From contig CP145415.1 in assembly GCA_036867785.1 (NCBI GenBank), forward strand, positions 372,001 through 436,000: a stretch of DNA of 64,000 nucleotides, in the 5' to 3' direction. The notes under the pieces were generated by a model, which saw nothing but the letters and a program-made list of their open reading frames with translations, was not told the origin of the DNA and made no database searches. The translations under genes were made by a program, and so were the position numbers. Positions 33,001 through 43,528 of the stretch are shown here, piece after piece. The stretch is from Plasmodiophora brassicae. Lineage: Eukaryota. Every line of letters starts with the position of its first letter. The stretch's first letter is position 1.

Positions 33001-33283
33001 GGTTCGTCAGTGCGGACGGTGCCAGGTCGGTCAGCATCTCCTGGTGCGCCTCACGCACGGTCTCCAGTTGCCGGTACAGGCGCCGGCGCTGGATGGGATC
33101 GGCGAGGCCCAGGGCGACCAGGTCGCGCTCGGCCAGCGACATCAGTCGGGTACCGGTGATCTGAGCGCGACGGAAGCGCTCCCGACACCGGCCCATCCCC
33201 ATGGACTCCAGCCAGGCCTCCACGTGCGCCGTCGTCCACAACGAGACATCGCGAGGCGTCGAGCCGGCACCGCGCGCCTCCAT
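30035..33283 (-). CDS. SAM-domain cyclic-nucleotide-binding (CNG/KCNH-like) ion channel, paralog 1, multi-exon
   Basis: SAM (WTTAHVEAWL..FRRAQITG..L..L); S1 WDMFIMLLVIY; S3 WFWIDLVATVP; S4 RLLRGFKMVRVLK; C-linker; CNBD FFGEKCLL; first ATG at 33283. Confidence 0.9.
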
Positions 33284-33511
33284 CCAGGGCGCCGATGCAG
33301 CGTCAGGTCCCGGCGGCTGGACGGTTGGTCGGATTGCCCCCAACACGCGGGCGGGCGACGGCGGGCGTACCACCACCGTACCCTAGCTGGTCGTCTATAC
33401 AGTCGATTGACCGACCGACCTCGTCCGTTCTTTTAGTCGCGCCGGCGGGTTCGACGGGGACACGGGGCGCGACACACAGGATCGTCAGGTGGGTGCCAGC
33501 GCGCGCACACC

Positions 33512-36500
33512 ATGGACAACAACACGGTGGTGGCGCCAGCGACCACGTCCAGCCTGCCCCTGGACGTGTGCGCATGGAAGACGTCGCACGTGCTCGACTG
33601 GCTGCACGGCGTCAACGCCGACCGATACGCCGACCGTTTCCGTCGCGCGCGCATGACGGGCGCCCGGCTGATCGCCCTGACCGAGGACGACCTCGTCGGC
33701 CTCGGCCTGGAAGAGCCGCTACCCAGGCAGCGCCTGCACAGCCTGATCGTCAAGCTGAGGCAGACGCAGGACGCGGTCGGGCGGACGGGCGGCCGGCCGG
33801 CTCCCCTGCAGACGGATGTGTCGTCGGCCAGCTCGGATGGCGCGCCGCTGACGTCCGTGCCGCGATCACCGACCCGCCGCCGACCACGACCCCGCCTCCG
33901 TATGTACGCCCCGGCCTGCATGCATGGGCGTTGCTGACGTGCGCGCGCGCGCCTGACGCAGCGCCGATCGGCGAGTCGGGCGCGCCGGGCGTCCAGGAAG
34001 GCGGCCTGTCGAACGACCTGGAGGCGATGCGCCTGTGGATCAGCCAGATCACGGCCGGCGCCGACCGCCTCGTCGCCAAGATGAAGGCGGCCCTGAAGAA
34101 ACGCGAGGACGAGAAGGCGGCCGAGGAGGCCATGGGCGCCGCCGAACCCGGCAAGGACGCCGCCGTGGCGTCGCTGTTCACGCACGTCGTCGACAAGGTG
34201 GGCGACGTTCGGGTCTATGCGACCCCGTCTGCTGACGTGAGCGCCTGGTGGCGGCGCCGTCCCGTTTACAGGAGAAGTCCAAGAAGAAGAAGCAGACGAG
34301 CGCGCCTGTGCGCCGTCGCGTCCACTGGTACGAGGTGCTGTCGCCCAACAACGACGCCAGGAAGAAGCCCGCGGACGTGGCCGCCCAGGTGCGACACACG
34401 TGATCGACGGTGATGACCTGGCCCGGGCTGGAAAACGCTGAGCGCGCCGCCCTCCTGTGACGCAGGTCGCCATCGACACCAAGTTCCTTCGCCTGCGCCG
34501 GGACGGCCGCATCGTCGACTACATGAAGGAGGAGGGAGATTCGTCGGACGACGATGACGGCGACGGGGACGATGACGCGCACGAGGAGATCGACAAGAGC
34601 TGGTGGATCATACTGCCGTCGAACCGGTGGAGGCTGCGCTGGGATATCCTCATCTTCCTGCTCGTCGTCTACTACGGCATCATGACGCCTGTCCAATTGG
34701 CACGTCCCGTTCCGCCGCCCTATCAGTTGGGAACCGGCCCGTCCGCTGACACGCGCGCAGGCGTTTGCCGGCACCGAGCTCAGCAACGTCTACGCCGATT
34801 ACACGTTCGATGCGCTGTTCGCTCTGGACATCGCCCTGAACTTCCTGACGGCGTTCCGCGTGGAGTCCGGGCACGACAAGGGCAAGATGGAGGTGAGGCC
34901 GTCGGCCATCGCCAGGACGTACCTGCGGAAATGGTTCTGGATCGACCTGGTGGCGACCGTGCCGCTGGACGTGATCCTGAACCTGATGGGCATCTCGTTC
35001 AGCGGGTCGTTCAACAAGCTGGTCCGCCTGCTGCGCGGGTTCAAGCTGGTTCGCGTCCTGAAGATGTCCCGCATCTTCAAGCGACTGTCGCAGGCCAGCC
35101 TGGGCAACCCGGCCATGCAGCGCCTGGTGAAATCGTTCGGCCTGCTGCTGATCATGTGGCACTGGTTCGCATGCGGGTACTGGGCCCTGGCCGTCTACAA
35201 CGGGTTCGGCGACAGCGCCCGATGGTCCCCGGAAGTCCAGTTCCTGAACGCCCCGTTCCTGCTCCGGTACATGCAGGTCGGCTGAGTGACACGATCCGAC
35301 CGGGGACGGGTTTCCTGACAATGGGGTTGCCCTGTAGGCGGTGCTATGGGCGGTCAGTGCGAACACGGGCGTCGGGCGCAACATCACGCCTGTGACCAAG
35401 GCGACGACGGCCTTCTCCATCCTGGCGATCGCTACCGAATGCCTGACGTACGCCTGCATTGTCGGGTCGGCGGCCTCGGCGCTGGGCGACCTGGGCGGTC
35501 CGGCGGCCGAGAAGAAGCTCAGGATGGAGGCCATGCTCCAGTTCATGCGGCAGAGGAACGTCGACAAGGACCTGCAGGAGCGCATCCTCGACTACTACGA
35601 CTACAAGTTCCACAACACGTCCGTGAACGAAGACCTGCTCAACGAGCTGCACACGACGCTCAAGATGAAGCTGGACCTGGTCCTCAACCGGAAGCTGATC
35701 AACAACGTGCCCATGTTCAAGGACCTGTCCCGCAACTGTATCCTGTCGATCATCAAGAAGCTGCGCCCGAAGGTAACCAGGCGGCGGCCGTAGACTCCCC
35801 GTGGCAACGAACGCCCCAGGGCTGCCGCTCACATGAGTGCCTGCGCGCAGATCTACCTGCCCAAGGAGTTCATCTGCGTCAAAGGCGAGAAGGGCACCGA
35901 GATGTACTTTGTACTGCGGGGGCGCGTCGAGGTCATCGTCCCGGAGCGGACAACGACGAACCGTGTCATCATCAAGGGTGCGAGACACACACACACGCAC
36001 TGTGTTTGGCCGACAATGCTGAGCCGTCGGCGTCGTGTGCCGCAGAGGGCGGGTTCTTTGGCGAGCAGTGCCTGCTGGAGAACTCGCGTCGGCAGAACTC
36101 GATCCAGGCGCTGACGCACTGCGAGCTGCTGATCCTGGAGAAATCCGAGACGAAGCGCCTGCTGCGCCTGTACCCGGACTTCGCCGCCTCCATGCAGAAG
36201 TACGCTCTCGGAAGGGTACGACGCCGGGCGCATGGCACCGCGCCAGTTCTACCTGCAGCTAAATGTCCGTGCCCCGGGGCGCACTTAGGCCAATCTGGTC
36301 GGCTGGGCCAAGATCCAGTCCATTGTCAAGACGGTGCGCCTCGTGCGCATGCTCGGCGGGCGCATCACCGTCGTCGAGATGTTCCAGCGCATCAACGAGA
36401 GCAAGGACATGGCCAGACGGGGCGGCAACGCCCTGATCGGCACCGCCGAGCACGACGACGAGGTCCGGCTCGAACTGATTGACCGCATCAAGGCCATCGT

Positions 36501-36723
36501 CGACGACGCCGCCGAGAAACAGGTCAACCGCATGCAGGTGACGCAGCGCCTCGCATCGCAATGGGCCCGCGGGTTCCGCGTACGCCAGGCGGCCCGGCAG
36601 CGACGCGCCGCCCGCTGGGCCAAGAAGCACGGCTTCCGCCCATCCGCCGCCATCGTCCCGATCACGCAGAACAAACCGTCGCAGGCCGCACCACGAGGAC
36701 CGCCCTCAACGACTTCAAAGTGA
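33512..36723 (+). CDS. SAM-domain cyclic-nucleotide-binding ion channel, paralog 2, multi-exon, with a C-terminal IQ-like motif
   Basis: SAM (WKTSHVLDWL..FRRARMTG); WDILIFLLVVY; WFWIDLVATVP; CNBD FFGEQCLL; tail SQWARGFRVRQ. Confidence 0.9.
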
Positions 36724-37191
36724 CCTCTTCAGCGTAACTAACATATCGTATATCCATATCATCGAATACCGTATCGAGGTGGTCGAATTCCAAGATGGAG
36801 CTGCGTGCGATGATGGCAGGCACCATTACAGTAGGTAGTCCGGGCAGCCGTCCCATTGCCCGCAAGGTTTTAGAGGTTACGCATATAGGCCGGGCAGCGG
36901 ACGGAGCTGCTCTGACCGGATGGGAGCGACTCCAGTTCAGCAACGTCGGGGGCCGGTGTTGTGCAAGGCATAAATACCGTCCACTACCTACATAGTACAG
37001 CGCAGCAGCAACTGGACGATGCGCGGCGGTCGGTGATGTTTTGCGGGTCCGGCGGGGGCGCCGCGGCTGTGTCCCGCCGTGTGGTGACGCACGGGCCGGG
37101 CGCTCGGCACTGGCGCCGACTGGCCGCCGGCACTGCATCGCATCACACCGGTCGACCCCCGGTCCAATCGAGAACATTCGCGTACTGCCAG

Positions 37192-37224
<33 letters not shown>

Positions 37225-37259
37225 GCCAGCGGACCGGACCTGTGCCTGCGTCCGCGACG

Positions 37260-40200
37260 ATGGCGGTCGCGCGTGGTGTCGCGCCCAGTGGCCGATGCGT
37301 GCCTGCCTGGCCCACAGATCTCGACGGGCCCCATGGTACCGCCCCGAGTAGTACGCTCCATATCGATCCAATCGTACGCGGTTGTTGCGGGGCAGTCGTC
37401 GGCGACGGCCACAACGACGGCGACGACGACGACGATATGGATGGCAAGGACACCATCGAGGTGTGGGTCGAGATCTTCACAGGCAGTGATGGATCGCAGG
37501 CCGCGTCCGCCGACGACGTCAAGTCAGCGGCGCGATCGCATTTCCGCCTGGGCCGGGCATCGTACGAGGCGTACATGGCCGCCGACCTCATGCGAAAGGC
37601 GCAGGAGTCCAGGCGCGCCGCCGAGACCGTCGTGGCCGCGTCGACCGCCATCAGCAATGGGCAGCGGCACCGATCGGTCGACGCCGCGCTGGCCAAGCTG
37701 AAGACGATCAAGAAGACGCACAAGGACAGCGTCGCTGAGAACGATATCCGCCTTGTCGTCATGCTGAACGATTCCGGCGAGGAGCATCACGTACGTGCCC
37801 GTCGATATCTCTCTAGGCACACCTAGACACGCCGTTCTCACTGTCGGTCTCTGCAGGCGCTCCTGCAGCACGTGTTCCCAGCGAACAAGCCGCTGCTGGT
37901 CGGCGAAGCCTCCGACCTGACATCGCTGACGTACATGGAGGAGCCGAACGTGCTGCGATCCCTGCAGGAGCGGTACGGGCACAGGCAGTGCTACACGGCC
38001 ATTGCATCGATCCTGGTCGCCGTCAACCCGTACAAGCGCCTGGACATATACGGGGCCGACTACATGATGAAGTACAGGACGGAGGCGAACGGCGGCGCCG
38101 GCCACAAGGGCAAGCTGCCACCTCACATCTTCGCGTGGGCCGAGACCGCCTACGCCGACCTGTGCCGGCCGTTCTCCACCAGGAGGCAAGCCGCGCCCGT
38201 CAACCAGTCCATCATCGTCTGCGGCGAGAGCGGGTCCGGCAAGACGGAATCCTCCAAGTACCTGATGAGGTACCTGGCCAACCGGTCGCACAGCGCTGTC
38301 GGCGCCGGCGACGACGAAATCGAGAAGCACGAACGCCTGGTGGAACGACAGGTGATGATGCTCCTTCGCGTTTGATGCTGCTGTGGTCCGGGACAGGCGC
38401 TAACTGGTGCACACGGCAGGTCCTCGAAGCGAACCATATCCTGGAAGCGTTCGGCAACGCCAACACGCTGCTCAATCACAACTCGTCTCGGTTTGGCAAG
38501 TTCACCCGGCTGTACTTTGCAACGGAGAACGTCGGCGCTGGGCATGGCGAAGTCGTTGGAGCCTCGACGACGACGTACCTGCTTGAGAAGTCGCGCCTGG
38601 TGCGTCAGAACAAGGGCGAACGCAACTTCCACGTCTTCTACCAGCTATGCGCCGGGCTGAACGCGCGGGAGAAAGCCGAACTTCATCTGGAGGGTGTCGA
38701 CGCGACCGAGTTCCATTACATCAACCAGGGAGGGTGCATGACCGTGGACGGCATCGATGATCGCGAATGGTTCTCCGGTCTGTTGAAATCCATGGGCGTC
38801 CTCGGCATCACCGAGGCCGATCGTGCGCAGGTCTTTTCGGTGATCGCTGCGATCCTCCACCTGGGCAATATCGACTACGTTGAAGACCCAAAGACCGCCG
38901 GCGCATCCATCATCAAGCCGGCATGTGAAACGTCTCTGCAATTCGCTGCTGACCTGCTGGGTGAGGGATGGCGCTGCATTCGCGCGTCGGGCCACGTCTG
39001 ACAGGTGCTCCTTTGCAACAGGTCTGTCCAGCCCAGAACTGAAAGCGGCCTTCAGGAAGCGCTTGACGACCGTCCGAATCAAGACGCCGACCGAATGGAT
39101 CGAGAAGAACCTGTCGGTGACGGACGCGCGATTCAATCGCGACTCAGTGGCGAAATCAATCTACAGCGGCCTGTTCGGGTGGGTTGTCGGCCAGATCAAC
39201 CGCGCGCTCACGGCAACGACGTCGCTGCCATGGATCGGCATTCTCGACGTGTTCGGATTCGAGTCGTTCCAGACGAACTCGTTCGAACAGTTCTGCATCA
39301 ACTTTGCCAACGAGATGCTGCAGCAGCATTTCAACCAGGAGATCCTGCTGTCCGAGCAGAAGGAGTACGCCAAGGAGGCCATTCTCTGGCAGCCGATGAA
39401 CGTCCCGGACAACCAGTCGACCATCGACCTGGTCAGCGATTCCCGCACGGGTATTCTGTCCCTGCTCGACTCCTCCTGCCGCATGCGAGGCACCACGGTG
39501 GACGCGTTCGTTGACTCGCTCATCAAGGCGCACGCCAAGCACGAACGTTTCGATCAGGTATGCGTGCGTTCGATTGCAGCGTCGTCGTGGGCGAACGGGC
39601 CGTGATTGAGGACCCCCGGTGAACAGGTCGTGCGACGTGGCGTTAACAAGGACGTTCGCGCGGGCTTCGTCATCCACCACTATGCCGGCCACGTTGTCTA
39701 CAACGCTGCCGAATTTCTCGTCAAGAACAACGACAGCGACGACCCTGATTCGGTCGCGTTGTTCTCGCAGTCGTCGTCGGCGGTGCTGCGCGCCCTGTTC
39801 CAGGCGAACGGCGACGACGAGCCGGCGGCGAAGGCGGGCGGCCCTCGCAAAGCCCAGACGTCGTTCAGCTCCGTGTCGGCCACGTTCAAGAAGCAGCTGG
39901 CGTCGCTGATGGAGACCCTGCAGTCGACGTCGGCGTACTTCGTCCGGTGCATCAAGCCGAACACGAAGTGTGAGTCCTGGGCCTTCGACCTGGACTACGT
40001 GCGGCCGCAGCTGCGTTGCGGCGGTCTGGTGGAAGCGGTTCGCATGCTCAAAGTCGGGTTCCCCACGCGGGTCACCTTCGACCAGGTCTACGCGCAGTAC
40101 TCGCCGCTGCTCGATCCAGCACCCCGCACGCCCCTGAACAAGCGGGACTTCAGCCAGGCCGTCCTTTTCCTGTTCGGCCTGCGACGCAACGAATACCAGC

Positions 40201-41328
40201 TGGGCCTCACAAAGGTATGGGCGAGCCGTTGTGCTCAACGCTCGTGTGAGGTGTGCCTCGACGCTGATCTGTACACCTGCCCTGGTGTGCTAGGTGTTCT
40301 TCCGGGCCGGCAAACGCGCGTTCCTGGAAACGGTCATGAACCGCGACGAGAAACTGACGGCGAAGGACATGGCCGCCCTGATGGGGTTCATCAACCGCAA
40401 GCGGTGGCAGCGCCTGATCGGGACCGTGAAGTCCCTGGTCATCCAGTGGCGCGCCATCAAGCTGGAACGCTGCCTGGAGCAATGGCGACAGGCGGCCCGC
40501 ATCCTCTGCATCTACCATCGGTCGCTCGTTCGGCGCCTGCGCCGCGCGCGCCGAACGATCGCCGTTCGTCGCCTGCAGGCCGCCGTCAAGACGTACTCGC
40601 TGACCTGCGCCGCCATGGGCGAACTTCGCAAGGCGAAACTCGAGCAAGAGCGCCTGGCGCGCCTGGAACAAGAACGACAGGAGCAGTCGCGTCGTCAGAA
40701 GCAGGCAGAGGAAGCGGCTGCCGCTGCCGCTGCCGCCGCCGCTCAGGAAGACGAGCAGCGCCGTGCGGAAGCGGAACGCGCTGAGATCGCTGCCGCCGTG
40801 GCACGCGCTACGGCTGCTGCTGGTGGTGGTGCTGCTGCTGCTGCTGGTGGACGGGGGCCAAAGTCGTCGGCGTCGTCTCGGGTCGCATCTGTGGCACATT
40901 CTCGCGTGGCGTCGACGCTGGCCGGGCAAGGCACGGCGGCCCCTGCCGGTGCGGCCGGTGACAGCAAGCGCGTCCAGGCGCTGGAGGCGGAGAACGCCCA
41001 GCTGCAGGAGAAGCTGCGGACGGCGCTGGCCGAGATCGACAGGCTGAAGGACGTGGTCGACCAGCTCGACGACATCAACAACCGCCTGGTCGAGGACCTC
41101 ATGAACGAGCTGGTGCTGCGCACGCAGGTCCAGGAGGAATCGGCGGGGGGCGGTCCGCTGCCCGCCATGGCGCAGGGCGACATGTACGGGGCGGCGGCCG
41201 CCGAGGCGAACGTCGACCAGTTCAAGGCGTCCGGCGGGTTCGTCCCGCCCGCGCACGCCGGTCCGCGCCGCCAGCTGATCTCGCACGCGTCCGCTCGACG
41301 TAACGAGAGCGAGTGTGCCATTCAGTAG
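37260..41328 (+). CDS. Myosin heavy chain (N-terminal SH3-like domain, motor, IQ, short coiled coil, terminal CAIQ), multi-exon
   Basis: AVNPYK, LPPHIFA, GESGSGKT, EAFGNA.T..NHNSSRFGK, LLEKSR, LDVFGFE, INFANE, FVRCIKPN, TKVFFR; start codon tentative. Confidence 0.93.
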
Positions 41329-41924
41329 CCGCGGGCGACGATCGCCCTGCGTGGGGCACCTGGTCGACGTTTGCCCGTGCTACGCCTGCACTTTGCTTCC
41401 ATCATCTGCCTGAGCCTGTACTATACACACACACACATATATTATATTGCATACTGGTCAATGCGATCCCGTCGGCCGGTACCTGTTCGGTCCCCGTACC
41501 GTGGCACCCAGGCGCCACCGGCATCCTGTAGGTACTGCTATGGGGCGTACTTGCACCTGCACCTGCACCTACTGGCTCTGTTCCCGCCCACTGAAACTGC
41601 AAACACGCGTCTGCCCCCATTGGACCATTCCACATTGCGCTGTACATATTCCTGTACACACACACGCAGCAGAAAATGCACCTCCGTCAGGTGACAGGGA
41701 CACCTACTCAATTGCAGAGTGAAGCGTCCGCCGCGCGCCATCCAAATCGGGCGTGCGGCCCCCGTGCGGTCCCAGCGGCGAGCGCGTGGCGCCCCTGGTC
41801 GATCGCGGCCGGCGCCTCCGCCGTCATTTCCCATTAAGCAGCCCCGTGGGGTAATCTGTCTATATGACGGTACGGGCAGGCCCACCACCACTACCACCAA
41901 CACCACCGCCCTCCTCATGGCGTA

Positions 41925-43374
41925 TGCCCGCCTACGTCAGGCTGGCCCTGATCGGCATATCCCTGTATGCGTCGGCGGGCAAGGTCCTCCTGCTGGGCCG
42001 CCCATCTCACGTGAACGGCACCCGCGGCATTATGCACGTTGGTGACGCGTCTCGCGCGTCCCAGCCTCCCTATGACCGCAACTGACGACGCGTGCCAGGC
42101 CGATCATCAAGCCCATCTCGCCTTCCTTCGGGCCTGTGTCACCCATCTCAACGTCAGCCCTGTCCCGTCCGTCAACGCAGGCGCCTTTGCTCACGAACGG
42201 TGCCGCCGCCATAGGTCGACGAAACTCGTGCCGCTGTGCAATTCTTCGGCAGGGTGGCGCGCAAGGTACGCGAATCGATCCCAACGCGGTTGCTGGATGC
42301 CCCCAGGACGCAGCGTGTCGACCTCGGCAATGGCGTCGCCGGCGAATGGTTCTACCCCGGGATCGACGTCCTTGGACGCGACGGCGTCGTCGACGTGTCC
42401 AACCTGGACGCCGCCGTCCTGTTCGTACACGGCGGGGGATACACGCTAGGAGGTCGGTCGGCACCCGGTCGACGTTCCCGTTTGCCTGATGCGCGCGCGC
42501 GCAGACCATTACCTGTACTCCCCAGGCCTGTTTAAGATCATCGACGGGTCCAGCATCCGCCTGGCGATCCTCTGTGTACGAATGCCTGCCTGCCTGCCTC
42601 CACATTGCGCTCGGTGACTGTGGGTTGTCAGGTGGAGTACACGCTGTCGCCAGACGCCACGTTCCCAACGCAGATCGAGGAGGTGGTCGCCGCGTACCGA
42701 TACCTGCTGGACAGGGGTATGCCGGCGTCGTCGATCGCGTTCATGGGCGACTCGGCGGGCGACAACCTGGTCGTGTCGTCGAACCTGTGGATACGGGACC
42801 TGACGCTGCTGCCGATGCCGGCCGCCATGGTCCTGATCTCCCCGTGGGTCGACCTGCGCCACAACGCGTCCGCCTTCACGTGCAACGTCGACGTCGACTT
42901 TATCGGTGCGTACTCACAACGGGGGAGACGGAACGCCTGGTGCAGCAGGGCAACGGTCTGACGGCTCCGTCAGGTGGCCGCCCTGCCGTCCTGTCCGAGA
43001 TGACGGATTTGTATTTATCGGGGACGGGCGTCTCCCCGTCCAGCCCCTTCGTGTCCGTCGTCCTGGCGGACCTGTCGCGCATGCCCGAATCGCTACTCGT
43101 CTACGGTCAGGCCCTGCCCGAACCGGAACTGGGCACCTGACGGATCCGTGCGCTGCACGTTGCAGGTGAGCATGAAGTGTTCCACGACGACATCGCCGAG
43201 TTCGGCCGGCGCCTGAACGCGTGCGGCGTGCCCTCGGAAGCCGTTGTCCTGCACCGCATGCCCCATGCGGCCGGTTTGCTCGAAGAGGCGTTCGGGCCCG
43301 AATGCCGGCACTCGTTCGCCCGCATCGTCCCGTTCCTGCATCGAACACTGCAGCGACCACGACCCCGCCCATAA
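41925..43374 (+). CDS. Alpha/beta hydrolase (HSL/abhydrolase_3-like esterase), multi-exon; 5' structure uncertain
   Basis: VHGGGY, VEYTLSP..FP, GDSAG, LISPWVDL, SPFVS, E..HDD, MPH. Confidence 0.8.
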
Positions 43375-43528
43375 TACGAATACACTGTGGACGGGAATGC
43401 CTTCGGCAGGGGGCGTGGACATGGGAAGCAGAATGATTGTATGGGAAACCGTTTCCGGCCAGTTGTGTAAGCTGTGACAATTGCCAGGGAACAGAGCGCT
43501 GGTGGCCCTGAGGGTGGCGCACCGACGA

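Noticed and set aside
33284-33376. ORF-track start at 33376 for channel paralog 1
   Set aside because: That codon is GTG; the first ATG is at 33283 and aligns with the paralog N-terminus
31736-33436. Long antisense or alternative-frame ORFs (e.g. 566 aa at 31736, 378 aa at 35346, 490 aa at 61920)
   Set aside because: These are shadows of GC-rich coding sequence with no recognisable motifs
37186-37223. (CAG)n run upstream of the myosin, and similar runs at 32755, 40720 and 56700
   Set aside because: Ordinary microsatellites or poly-Ala/Ser coding tracts
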